In this document: in pieces, positions 51,120 through 64,000 of the stretch | Layout: each line of letters opens with the position of its first letter | Numbering within the stretch: the stretch's first letter is position 1 | Origin: Octopus vulgaris | Lineage: Eukaryota | Length of the DNA: 64,000 nucleotides | Reading direction: 5' to 3' | Assembly (NCBI GenBank): GCA_951406725.2 | Contig: OX597838.1 | Location: forward strand, 24,738,001-24,802,000 | The notes under the pieces: generated by a model | Seen by the model: the letters and a program-made list of their open reading frames with translations, nothing else | Told to the model about the DNA's origin: nothing | The model's database searches: none | Translations under genes and position numbers: made by a program

Positions 51120-51395
51120 TATGATGGACTCTACTGTAGAAAACGATGTATGAACATTCAGCTTTTGCCGAGTGACCTGCATAAATGATTTGTTTACAGT
51201 GATCAAATGTTTGTGTTGCACATTAACTCTCTGCCAAACTGACATTGTCTGAACAGGTGCAGTGTGTGTCAGTTGTTGAAATGATAGAGAAACACATGAT
51301 GGAATGTTTTGCTCAAGAACACAACGTACCACCTGGTCTAGGAATTGAAATCACGATCACCAGAGGAGTGCAACACCCTAACCACTGAGCCACAA
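51120..51395 (-). mobile_element. tRNA-derived SINE
   Basis: Minus strand GTGGCTCAGTGGTTAGGGTG A-box and TTGTGTTCTTGAGCAAAACA body. Confidence 0.7.
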
Positions 51396-51429
51396 ACACA
51401 GTTACATTTATCCGACACAAAATTCAACT

Positions 51430-51648
51430 TTAACCCTTTTGTTACCATATTTCTGATGAGATGCTCTGTGTTTCTTTCAATTAATTTTAAATATAACAAA
51501 GAATTTAGTAAAATAACTTTGTTATCATTAAGTTAGTGTTAGGAACATAAATTTTTACTAAGGTTTGGTAGAAAATTTTAATTCAGAACTTTTGAAAACA
51601 AGACATTTGTACTCAGAGCCAGAGGCGGTTTGGTATCAAAAGGGTTAA
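51430..51648. mobile_element. MITE family E
   Basis: TTAACCCTTTTGTTACC...GGTATCAAAAGGGTTAA. Confidence 0.9.
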
Positions 51649-52974
51649 AATTCAATGTCTGTCGGACAACAAGTTACCACTTCAATTTCCCATTTATCTC
51701 CATATGTTGTTACTGCCTACACATCCTTAGCTTTAGGGCTCACACCCTTTCAACCTATGAAATCACATGACCACCTTCTGAACAAACAAACAAGAAACAA
51801 TACAAATATTTTTCATCATCCCGAAGCATTGTTCATTTGGGAATGTGTGGGTGCCAACAAAGACCAACCATTTAGACTTCAATTGGAAGAGTGCCTCTTC
51901 ACAAAAGACAATGAATAGAAATCCAGAACTTGGTGTAACACTTTTTAAAGACTTAATAGATTGATCAGAACAGTTAATTTAGAAACAAACAATAAAAAAA
52001 GATTTCATACATTATTATTATTATTATTATTTCCATCATTATCAGCATTCAGTATTGTGCTAGTATTTGTTAGATACAAGCCTACAAGCTGTTCTTTCTA
52101 TAGTTTTCTTCCTATTCTCTAAAACCATCTCTATGCAGGTACGTTACCAGCTAGAAATATCAGTCAAAACTCCCTCAAGAAAACTATTGCTAATAAAGAG
52201 AGGGAAAAAACAAAAAACAAACATTAGTCCAAGATAAACTAAATTTGATAAAAGATGGGATGGTAATATCAGGAACAGTTTTAATTATAGCTCAGCCCAA
52301 TCAGGGCTTATCTACAACAGGATCAATCTAAAAATGGCAAATATTACTATATAGGATGGGCATAGGCAGAACACTTTTGAGCAGGGCTGAGCTGGGTCTA
52401 AACAACAGCCCTTAAGACCAGTGGTTGTGAACTGCTTTGGAGCCCAGTGCTCCCATCCTTTCATCAAATGATCCCTACTTATAGTTTACAAAGAAAAGGA
52501 AAGAAAAAAAAAACTTTGCCCAGTGGTTTATTATCCATATATTCTTAAACCTCATTCAGCATATGCCACTACATATTTTAATGGAGTGAAGCTGCTTGTG
52601 TTATATTTTCTTTTATGGAAATTGCAAAAAGGAAAGGGCTCGCATAACAAAATTATATTGGACCCAAGAGCATCACCAGTCGTTTCTGCTCCTTAATCCT
52701 GATAAATATTTTAAACAGATTTTCAAAAAAACTAGTATAAAGTATTGTATTTCTAAACAAAAATCATAACACTTCTAAACACCCTGCACCACTCATGGGG
52801 CCTTCTTGCAAGCTCACAAAGCCCCTAAGAGGGTGCTTTTGCCCAAGTAATGAATTACTGCCTTTGACTAACAGTCAAAAGGATAACACTGCATGGTAGA
52901 TACTTTATAGAATTAGTGTGGGTTAGTAAAATTTTAGTTACAAAATCATTTGCAAGTTTGTCCATACGAATCAA

Positions 52975-53535
52975 ATTTTCTTCCCAACAACATGGTTCTG
53001 GGTTCAGTTCCACTGTGTAGCACCTGGAGCAAGTGTCTTCTACAAAAGCCCCAGGCCAACCAAAGCATGGTGTGGGGTTTTTTGGTAGACTAAAACTGAA
53101 AGAAGCCCATTGCACACAAGACCCCCTTCAGTCATGAATGACCATGGGATTGTGCCTTGAAAATTACCCTCCAAGGCACAAATCCAGGTAAGGTTGTTTA
53201 TGGAAGACCAGCGTCACCCATTCATACCACTGTTATCCAAGGGAAAAGCAGATACAGCTTGGCACCAGTGACATTGTAACTCATTTCTACAGCTGAGTGA
53301 GCTGGAGCAACATGAAAAAGTGTCTTGTTCAAGAACACAACACACAGCCTGGTCTGGGAATCAAACTCACCACCTCAGGATTGAGCTCGATGCTCTAACT
53401 ATTGAGCCATGCAAGAGAGGGTGTCTGTGTTTCTCTACCACTACCATCTGAGAACTGGTGTTGGTTTGTTTATGTCCCCATAACTTAGGTGGTGCCCCAG
53501 CATGGCCAGTCGAATGACTTGAACAAGATAAAAGA
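52975..53535 (+). mobile_element. SINE family A interrupted by another SINE at ~53120-53412
   Basis: Head at 52975-53115 and tail at 53415-53535. Confidence 0.75.
53120..53412 (-). mobile_element. tRNA-derived SINE, nested insertion
   Basis: Minus strand head GCATGGCTCAATAGTTAGAGCATC...GAGTTTGATTCCC followed by TTGTGTTCTTGAACAAGACAC. Confidence 0.75.
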
Positions 53536-53777
53536 AACTAATACATTGGATAATATGTCTAAGGAAAGAAAAGGGCAATGAAAATATTAAACTGAAGATA
53601 GAAAAAAATGGAAAATTCAAGATTTTTAGATAAGTCTGAATATTCAAAACAAATCTTCAGTTCTAAGAACGGCAAAGAACTAAACAGGCAAATATCTTTA
53701 CACTTTGTAATGTTTATATCCTTGTAATTAACAGGAGTGCAATTCAATGTCTATATAATACAGTGATAAAGTAATAT

Positions 53778-53992
53778 CGGTTTCAAATTTAGGCACAAGG
53801 CCAGCAATTTCGGCAGCTGGAGTAAGTCAATGTAACTGACCCCAGTACTCAACTGGTACTTTATTTTATCAGTCCTGAAAGGATGAAAAGCAAAGTCGAC
53901 TTTAGTGGAATTTGAACCCAGAATGTAAAGACAAATGAAATGCCATTAAGCATTTTCCCCGGTGTGCTAACAATTCTGCCAACTTGCCACCT
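53778..53992 (-). mobile_element. SINE family B, full-length
   Basis: Same motifs; head GGTGGCAAGTTGGCAGAATTGTTAGCAC on the minus strand. Confidence 0.85.
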
Positions 53993-56030
53993 TATAACCT
54001 ATGGATTAATTTCTGCCTCCAATTTTCAGGTTTAATCCAGAAGCAATTTTACCTTCAGAATTTGCTTTACTAAGAACCATAGCACTTCCAGTTTTGTCCA
54101 CCAATGAAGGCTTGTTTTAACAATGTTTGCCCAAAGCAGAACTTTTATATATTTCTTTTTAAACTCAGTTTAGTCTCTCACAGTTCAAACTACTGTAAAT
54201 TAGTAGAAAATAAAACATTGTAGACACCTGGAATTGGCATTAACATGACAAATCTGATGCTTTTTCTTTTCTTTTTTTTTTGAAATGAGAAAAAAAACAA
54301 AAAACACTATAATTTAGATGTGTTTGTGAAGTTAACAATATTTCCAGGTGACTGTTTCCTACAAGAAATATAACAGATTTAATAATTCAATAACACAAAC
54401 CATTATATTTCATAAAAGTAGAGTTAGATTTACTTCGAATAACTTTATATAAAAAATTTAAGTGCTGGATTTTCAAATTTTAATCGATCAGAGAGAAAAG
54501 CAGTACTATTTGAATGTCTAAATCAGTGGTCCCTAACCAGATTTTTTTTTTACCTATGGATCCCTTTGATTCCTATTTTACTGAGATGAACCCTCATAGT
54601 CATTTGATATTTTTAAAAATCCCATTGCATTAAAAAAAAAAAATTATGCACATCAAAAGTATAACCAGTTTATTACATATCAATTTCAACAAGCTTATAT
54701 GGAGCCCCAAAGGGTCTAAATAGTTGATGTTGGACCATTCCCAATCTATTAAAACATAACATTATATGAAAAGCTATTATCTGGAGTGGCCTGATACAAT
54801 GGTATCAAATGCTTGAAATAAATAAAACTTAGGTATTTTACCTGTCAGATTCTACATGTAAACAATCTTTGGAGAAATTCCTTCAAGTGGATAGATATAT
54901 TTCAAAAAGCAAGATCAAACTTTGAGTAAAGAAATGAGAGATAGACCTTCAAAGATATTTTGCACTCAACCATTCCTCTCCCCCACTAGACACACAATTT
55001 AGTATTCTTCTTTTTACATTTGGCAAACACACACACACACACATTATATATATATATAAACTGAATCTCAAATGAAGCCTGATCTTTTAATGTTAACTTC
55101 TCTTCCCTTTTCTTAAAGAACAGCTGACAGCAGACTGATGCAAATTGATACATGTTAAGTAAATATTCAACTCATCCAGCAAACTTGCACCAATAAATAA
55201 ACGTGAACCAAAATAGAAGTCTTGGGTTTGGTTTAAATTGCAGTATATGTTTTGGTTAGGTAAATCAAGTTACATATATCGACGACAGATTTCTTATAGC
55301 AGAGGGATTTTCCATATGTATTATGTATGCATATGTTTATGAATTTCTGCTGCAAGATTCATTATTATATATATATACACACACACGAGTGTGTGTGTGT
55401 GTGTGTGTAACGAAAAAGCTAAATGCCTTACAAGATAAAACGAATATGATTGCAGCAGGGAGAAACTTCTTCAATGCTACAAAAATATATAGATTACATT
55501 AAAAAAAAAAAATCTTGGCTTTTAAAACAACTCTGAAGAACTGAGTAATCTATCAAACCAAACTGCTTGATGGAAAAAAAAATATCCCTGATTTAAACGA
55601 TCGAGATTTCAAAACCCCGAAGTTGAACCAGAATTTTCCCCCGTGACAGTCTCCCTACAAACACTAAAAATGGATTTATTGTTCATACATACTAAATTCT
55701 AAAATCAGCAGTTTTCCACAACTCGATAGGAAGTTGGGATATATAAATATTTCGACTGACCTACAAGACAACATTACGAATTTTAAAAAAATGTGTATTA
55801 AAAAAGAGGGTGTGTTCACAAATGACAACCGTTTTTCTTTTTGTTTTTTACTCGTTAATAAAGATTGTTCCCACCCTGCTTTATAGAAAAATCATAATAG
55901 AATGAGCGTTAATTCTTTTCTTTTTTTATGTAATCATCGTAAAAATTGTATAGGGCTGAATAAACTCTTGAATTAACTACGTCTGAAGAAGACAATGAAG
56001 ATAACATCTATGGTTGCGTCTGATTTTTAG

Positions 56031-56071
<41 letters not shown>

Positions 56072-58634
56072 GAAGCGAGAACAATATATCGCAGTTAAAC
56101 AATGAGACATTAAAAGCTGTATGTTTCAATGTCGAAGAAAAAAAAACCATGGGATGGTGAGATAGGGTCACCGCTCGCTTCAGATGACAGAGACTGTAGA
56201 ATGAGGTGTGTACACGAGTGAGCGTGTGCGCGTGCCTGTGAAACAGAAAAAGCCATTTCTGCCTGACACTTTGTGACATTCGACAAATATAAAAAAAGTC
56301 AACATATTTAGAAATATGTGTGACTAAGAAGAGAGCAAAGATAGATTGTCTCTATACGTACGAATGCGTATATAAATATGTGTGTGTGTCTGTGATATAT
56401 ATATATATATATACATACACACACACACAGCCTGTTACAACTACTGCTCATTTGTATATGAAAGAACTAAACTTTCGAGTTTTTTTCTTAAATATAATGA
56501 GTTGTAACGAAACGGTTTCAACTGAAATCGAAACCAGATCATAAGCTACACTCCAGAATATAAGAAACGTTATAACCACACAAACACTACATACATATAT
56601 CAGTTACTTTTTATTGACTATATATACACATATATATATGTGTGTAATTGGCTAACACTGCAAAGTCAGACGTTAGCTAATTCAAAAGCTTGTAGTGCCC
56701 TCTATGATTTACAAACCTCTATAAACAGCCGGAGGTATAGCATCTGAAACGATCAACTACCTTCCGCCAGTCTACAGTAGGTCAACTTTCCAAGAAGACC
56801 CGACACCAATTCATTCCCCAGGTAGAGAAATTAGGGTACGTTGTTTACCCTCAAGGTCGTCAACCTTGATCAATAATAAGACCTATGATTAATACGAAAA
56901 AAAAAAAAAAAAAAAAGAAGCATTCCAGCCGTGACCATCCCAACATTTTCCGGACCACATCCAATGTATCCATCCTTCCTCGGGTGTGATTTCAGAGGGA
57001 TTTTGGCTACTAATTCTAAAAGACAGCAATCAATCTGTGAGTGACATCCCCGATAGAATTTGCAGGCATCATTATAGTATCAATTTCTGTGAATAAACGA
57101 AAGTGGACGGACCGCCAAGGATACAGATTAACCTAAAAAAATGCAATGTTTATGCAATCAAGCAGATGTAATCACTTGATATAAAAATCAGACTGGATTT
57201 AAACAACAACAACAATAATAATAATAATCGCGCGCATGCACAACGGCACTATAATTTGGACGGAGTTTTCTTCATAGATGTCGAAATGACATCCTTACTG
57301 AAGCATATATATGTTGTTACTATGTGCGTGTATTCATATATCATCATAATATGTATGCCAACAGCATTGCATCTTTGAACCAAGGTTTCGTTCAAATGGT
57401 TTGTTCAGTGGACTGTGCAAATCGGCGGGCTAATAAATGACTCATACCAGCTCACATGTGTGTCAGTGTGTACTGAGAATAGATACGTACGTGTGTGTGT
57501 GTGTGTTAGATGTATGTAATTGAAGCTTCAGTTTTAGTCTGCTTGTATATATGTATGACTATACGTAAGGGTGGGGATAGATATGTACGTGTGTGTATAC
57601 ATGTATAAAATGTAACTGAATCTTCAGCTTTATTCTGCTTGTATATATGTATGAATGTGTGTGTGTATGTCGGTGAGGGGGGTTATTTGCCATGGTATTT
57701 CATTAAATATTTTACATTTCTGTCTTAAATATCGAACGACAAAAGAGAAGTGAAAATCAAAGACAGTCTCTAAAGCAACATTGTTAAAACAAAAAAACCA
57801 TTTTATTTGTTCTAGACATTGGATTTGATCACGATGGAGACCTCCCCTACCTTCAAAAGGTTATAACAAATTATATACAGCCCCGGAAAGACCCCCCTTG
57901 ATCCCCATTTTTTTAATAAATTACTTGTCCGGGCTGGAGGAAGGGGCATTGCTCATAGGACTAGGAGGGTCCCTGTACATCCCCCAAGACCGACCGACGA
58001 TGAGACTGAAGCCATTAAGGTTCCTCTTGAACCTTTTATAAGTTAATATTTGAGGGAATGCCAAACGACCGGCATTTGGGGAAGGAAGGAAGGAAGGAAG
58101 GGCAGAGTGCATGGTTGATATTTTATCGTCATAAGTATGAAAGGCGAAAATTGACCTGGGGTAAGATTTGAGCTTTGAACGTTATGGTACACACGTAGCA
58201 TCTATTTCGTGTACAAGACTGGAATGAAGACTATATCCAGCGGTGGCGGTGGTCGACAATTAGAATCGGCGAAGAAATGGAAGCAAAAATAAAGTAACAT
58301 CTTAACAGTTGATTCTCGAAAGATCAAGAGCGAGTGTGTGTGTGTATTATATATATATACACACATATATATATATGAAAAGAGAGAGAGAGAGGGCGGC
58401 TTCTAATTCTGTGCTTGACTGTATGGGTGTGTGCGAGAGGAACTGAAGTGGAATCAGTTTTGTATGTATATGTAATATATTAGATTTCATCCCAGTATAC
58501 ACGCACAGTATATACTCTCTCTCTATCTCTTTCTAACTATCCATATAGTTTCAGAAGAGCAAATCAAACAGCCATACAATAAAACGGAATATTCCCTAAA
58601 AAGCTGAAGCCCTTCATTGAATATCTGACAGTGT

Positions 58635-58676
<42 letters not shown>

Positions 58677-58771
58677 TACATATAACACACTGCATAGATG
58701 TGTATAACATACACACAGCAATTAAACATTTAGATAGAGATTGACTATGCATGTTACTGCGCTCAATCAGG

Positions 58772-58803
<32 letters not shown>

Positions 58804-59264
58804 CATACACAACTGCTGAAGTTAGGGAGTGACTGATACACACAGATTGTATGTATGTGCCAATGAAAGTATACGTAGGAAAGATATGTGTAAACTGCGG
58901 TAAAAGAGAAAAAAGCTAGGCAAGATTTAGTAGTTAGCTTAAAAGACGTTCCTCATACGAGATAAGACGAAGGCGATCTTTAATCCCACACAAAGTACCG
59001 CCTTAAATCAATTTCGCTAATTTAAACAATAAAAAAAACCCAAAAATATATAAATACATAGAATTAAAGATTTAAAATCACGACACAGCATCCGTTCCTT
59101 TTTAATTATAAAATTCGTTTTAATAGGAAAAGGGTGAGGCCAGTAATATTTTCGGTTTTTACATCTGGGTTAAAAAAGCTGAGACCAAACCAATGTCTCT
59201 TTAAACTGTCAGTGCTTTCTTTAATTGTTTTTCAAAAATATTTACTGGTTCCCGATCACTATAC

Positions 59265-59310
<46 letters not shown>

Positions 59311-59421
59311 CAATTAAATAGCAATAAAATTATTTAGTTAATTTCCATTAAGATTAGATTAGGATTCACAATGGGATGAAAGTAAAATGTTTAACTGAGA
59401 AATTTAGACATACACACACAG

Positions 59422-59423
<2 letters not shown>

Positions 59424-59513
<90 letters not shown>
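59424..59513. repeat. compound (TA)n(TG)n microsatellite (representative of many in the window)
   Basis: Direct reading. Similar tracts at ~5150, 27610, 50632, 51075, 56033, 58637, 58773 and 59260. Confidence 0.98.
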
Positions 59514-59515
<2 letters not shown>

Positions 59516-60360
59516 TGTTATACATACAGTCGAAAGGGAAAAGGGGTTACATTTTGTGTGTAGTTTTATAGGGATATATATAGTTTTACACCAATCGCAC
59601 ACACAGGTTTGTTGAGACTGGTTCATATTTAATAATTTCAATCTAAGAAACATAAAACTGACTCTGATAACCAAGTCATGCATCGAAGTATTCTCAAGAT
59701 TTATGTTGGAAATATCCAAATATTAAAAATCGAGAAATTTAGCTTTCTACACACACACACACACACACAATTACATATGTATGCAACTATTTAGTATATA
59801 TTTAACATTTCCAAGTTAAAGACAACTTCCATTTATATACATACATATCAGACATTGAAAATAACAGCAAATAAGTATTTTAATTGAGAGATTTTTATAA
59901 GCGGAGGTCAGGGCTAGGCGAGGCTCTTGAGATTTTTGAAATAAAGACCTCTTTATAAACCGACAAAATTTAGACACACACAAACACGTATACAAGATCG
60001 AATACACGGATATTTATGCAGTTTATGTACATATAATCGTCAATATACATCGATGTGGGTATAACAAAAGAAGCGAGAGGTGAAAAACGAGAGGCAAATA
60101 GGCGAGGACGGGCTACTTTAATGTAAAATGTCGGCCATGAGAGCACCGCCTGACTTTGTGTGTGTGCATGTGTATAGATCAGTGTGTGCGCGTATACGTA
60201 TGTATGCGTATGTGTGTGTGTATAAATCTGTATGTGTGTGTGTGTGTCGTTATTAAATGGAGTTAAAATAGAAGCCAGATTAAACAGACACCAGCTTATT
60301 GTTGGTTATTTACTTTTCATTTTTCGATGTCGTTTATGGAAAAGATGTTCAGATACTTAC

Positions 60361-60650
60361 TGTTGAACAAATTTTCGATAGAAAATTTTTTTTTTTTCTC
60401 TTTTGCGATTTTTCCGTGTACTCACAAGACAGACGGGAGAGAAGGAGTGTGTATGTGTGTGCGAGAGAGAGAGAGATACACAGAGAGTGAGTGAGTGAGC
60501 TATATAGACAGACAGATATATATTAAGGAGGGAGTGGCTGGATAGCAATGCGCGTGGATAGAGAGGGAGTGAGAGAGATAGAGTTCCGCTGTTACAGTGA
60601 AGTAGACAGTCGCCCGGTTCTCCTCCGACACAGTTGCCTTCGCTCGGCAG
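60361..60650 (-). other. CDC42: probable non-coding first exon of Cdc42 (TSS approximate)
   Basis: Strong donor ACA|GTAAGTATC at 60360. CpG-rich and CT-repeat-rich leader with no upstream acceptor, at the centre of the only CpG-rich block in the window. Confidence 0.6.
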
Positions 60651-60812
60651 GGGAACGGTGAGAGGCGATGGATGCACATGCGCCGAACGTCACTGATGAC
60701 GTAAGAAGTTATTTATACATATACATATATCTTTATATATATGTGTATGTGTATATATATATGTATATATACAGATAGATGTGTGTAACTGTGCGTGTAT
60801 ATGTGTGTATAA

Positions 60813-60844
<32 letters not shown>

Positions 60845-61100
60845 GGGGGAAGAGAAGTACACGCACACACAAACACACAATTATTTTGCACACATACACA
60901 CACATACACCCGTGTGTGTGCAAAATAATTTTTATTCAGTCTTCCCTCCTTTCTCTCCCTTCTTCTTCCCCCACCCCTGCCTTCTCTCACTGAAGGTTTC
61001 GGGTTTCGATTTGTCGGCCGGGCATCCTACTTCGACTTTCCGAATTACTTTCTTTTTTTTTTTTAATTTTTTTCCCTCCGAAATTTCGGAGTTGGGACTT
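60560..61100 (-). promoter_or_regulatory. putative Cdc42 promoter (CpG-rich, CRE/ATF half-sites)
   Basis: High CpG density, ACGTCA-CTGA-TGACGT palindrome at 60687-60702, and adjacency to the candidate first exon. Confidence 0.5.
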
Positions 61101-61448
61101 GTCTAGCAAATGATTTGATCTGAGTCCACGCACTGATGTGATGAATTTGAAAAATCTTTAAAGAGTCATTTTAGCCAACTAAAAACCACACGAAAATTGT
61201 TAAATTCACTTTAAATTCTCCAAGGGTCACAGTATATTTTTCCTGTGTCAGTGACTAAGTCGCAGTCGGGAGACGAAAACTTTTGACACTTCAAGAAATA
61301 AGTTAAAAGTGAATTTAGCATGTTTTTGTGTGTGTGTTTTTTTTTAATTACTAAAATGGCTCTTCCACGATGTAATTATTTTCTATTTTGTACTTTATAA
61401 CTTTATTTTTACGAGCCGACAAGGAACCCGCTACATTAGTCAATTTTT

Positions 61449-61880
61449 GGCGATCTTTCGTCTCTAGTAGACCTTTCCGTCGATTTCCGTAAAATTTTTT
61501 TTTTTTTTACATATGGGCTTGCGGGAACTTTTGAAGTAATATACATACATATACACATACACCGAGTAAAAAATTTCAAAAATCTCTTTCTTTCACACAT
61601 TACTCTGTCTCTTCACACACACTAACAGAAGCACTTCACTTACACAACATACTGTCTGTCTCCCACACCCCATCAAACACACACACACACGCACGCACAC
61701 ATACATGTCCATCAATGCTCCCATGCACGGTAACTTCAAAAGAACTTCCTCGTCATACAATCGCTTTCTCTTAGTCTCTTTCGCTCTCATTACTTCAAAA
61801 GTTCCCGCAAGCCCATATGTAAAAAAAAGAAGTTTTTTACGGAAATCGACGGAAAAGTCTACTAGAGACGAAAGATTGCC
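61449..61880. repeat. 92-bp near-perfect inverted repeat with ~250-bp spacer
   Basis: Arms at 61449-61540 and 61789-61880. Confidence 0.95.
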
Positions 61881-62496
61881 CAATTTCTTTATTAACAATG
61901 AGGTTGAGAAAAAGAGGGGACGATACGAGGATAGACAAAACAAACATTGGGGTCAGGGTATCGAATGAGACGAAACCTATGAACAAAAAAAAAACAATTA
62001 AAATATATACAATTAAATGAGAATGAATAATTTAATAAAAAATGAAGCAGAGGACGCGGTCGATCCCACAAACCACATACACTGAAGACTTTGCTTTGTA
62101 TGGGCAAACTGCAGCCCGCTTCTCAAAAGAAGTTGCTCATGCCCTCTCTACGTGATCGCTCAACACCATAGAAATAGCAGCTAAATCTAATTCGTATCAC
62201 ATCCTACAAGGGGTACCGGCACTCGGAAGCAATGACATTTCTGGCAGGCCTCACCTAAATTAGTCGGCATGAAAAAACCAGAGGAAATTTTGTTCCTCTT
62301 CCTACCTGCTTCCAGGAGTGATCGCCTCTTCATCCTAACGTCATAAGAAAAAATAGGGAGGATTAAAATACTTCGAATGATATAAATACATTATCTATTA
62401 GATAAATGAAAAATGGGATAGTCACGCCTGGAATGCCACTGATTACAGGTTTCGTTTTCTTTTCGATTTGGATGAGTGAACTACTATAGGTTTTGC

Positions 62497-63190
62497 CCAA
62501 CCAATGGTGTGCCAGTTGATTCGAACGAGTGAACATCCTGCTCGTGAAATTAACGTGCAAGTGACTGAGCACTGCACAGACCTGCGTACCCTTAACGTAG
62601 TTCTCAGGGAGATTCAGCATAATGCAGAATGGGACAAGGACGGCCCTTTGAAATACAAGTACTACCAGTTTTTGCCAGTGGAGTGGACTCTTTACTCTCT
62701 TTTTACTCTTTTACTTGTTTCAGTCAGTTGACTGCGGCCATGCTGGAGCACCGCCTTTAGTCGAGCAACTCGACCCCGGGACTTATTCTTTGTAAGCCCA
62801 GTACTTATTCTATCGGTCTCTTTTGCCAAACAGCGAAGTGACGGGGACATAAACACACCAGCATCGGTTGTCAAGCAATGCTAGGGGGACAAACACAGAC
62901 ACACAAACATACACGCACACATATATATACATATACGATGGGCTTTTTTCAGTTTCCATCTACCAAATCCACTCACAAGGCTTTGGTCGGCCTGAGACTA
63001 TAGTAGAAGACACTTGCCCAAGGTGCCACGCAGTGGGACTGAACCCGGAACCATGTGGTTGGTAAGCAAGCTACTTACCACACAGCCACTCCTGCGACTG
63101 AAGCAACATGAAATAAAGTGTAATGCACCTCAAGAATTGAACTCACAACTTTATGATTGTGAAGCAAATAACCTAACCACTAAGCCAATA
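62497..63190 (-). mobile_element. SINE family G (tRNA-derived), split by a family A insertion
   Basis: Colinear with 13575-13845: CCCTTAACGTAGTT..., ATTGAACTCACAAC... Confidence 0.8.
62690..63096 (-). mobile_element. SINE family A, young full-length copy nested in a family G SINE
   Basis: Full-length; host sequence GAGTGGACT|...|GACTGAAGCAAC resumes after it. Confidence 0.9.
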
Positions 63191-63340
63191 AACCTGATTA
63201 TCTTTTTCTCTCTTTCTCTATTTTGTTTCTTTTGATCTTTTGTTTTTATTTTTACTTTTACATTTCATGTCATAAGAAACAACAAGACTATTTAACTACT
63301 GATAACACAGCTCTTAGATTTCCAAATAACCAGCCAGAGA

Positions 63341-63554
63341 TGAACCTTTTGGCATTTAAACTGGCCAGATCCAGCCCAAATGTTCCACCTGTTTTAACTT
63401 TATATTGGCCAAATCCTGTACTTACTCCACAATGTCATTCTAAAAATAAACAGTTACATCATCGAACTTTTGGAGCTACAAGATAATTCATTCAAAACAA
63501 TGTGAATAAATTATCATTGCACTTGATAGAGTAATCTGACCGATAAAGGGTTAA
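63341..63554. mobile_element. MITE family D
   Basis: Body shared with family D; ends AAAGGGTTAA. Confidence 0.8.
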
Positions 63555-64000
63555 GTATCACCAGTGTCTTGGTTGTTCACTTTGAATAGTGACATTCATG
63601 AATAAGAGTGAGACCTGACAGGGCTAAACGAAATAATTTCGCTGCCTTGGTTACTGAAAAAATATCTCCCTCTTAAGTAAGAGTATTATCGTAAAATGAA
63701 GAAAGAGAGCCAGAAACATTATTAAGATTAGAATCTAGTATGTCTAACTTCTGCTAGCTTAACCTTTTATCTTAGAAATGTTTGATACCATGGCAACTCA
63801 GAAAGAGAGAGAGAGAGAGTTTTCTGAATGAAAGCAAAGTTAACATTACATCCAAGTAGTTTAAGCGAAAGTGAAAGGATCACTTTTTTTTTTTACATGT
63901 GGCCATGGTATTTTTTATTAAGACAGGACCAGGAAAATATTAGGCAGGAATGCTGGAGAACACTGATTGAAGGACAATATCTTAAAAGACAAAGAGCAAT

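Noticed and set aside
61593-61968. Overlapping ORFs upstream of the promoter
   Set aside because: By-products of the inverted repeat and CA repeats; no domain similarity.

Overview
AT-rich, repeat-dense eukaryotic DNA. The SINE, MITE and RTE repeat families look like an octopus (coleoid cephalopod) genome; this is inferred from the repeats, not verified. The only host coding sequence I can support is the first coding exon of the Rho GTPase Cdc42 on the minus strand (6476-6580, [35 protein letters not shown]), which the ORF track misses. A CpG-rich block with a strong splice donor at 60360 is the probable non-coding first exon and promoter, so most of the window is likely one ~54-kb 5'UTR intron. 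The next coding exons lie beyond position 1. The intron is filled with tRNA-derived SINEs, RTE LINE remnants, piggyBac-, hAT- and mariner-type MITEs, a Helitron and microsatellites. The most notable observations are: a Penelope-type minimal hammerhead ribozyme (32531-32576); a U6 snRNA/SINE-tail chimera (1430-1537); inverted repeats that bracket the Cdc42 start exon; a long hairpin with a second donor just downstream of that exon; a 32-bp micro-inversion between tandem duplicates; and a near-perfect 92-bp inverted repeat upstream of the promoter. Repeat boundaries were estimated by eye.
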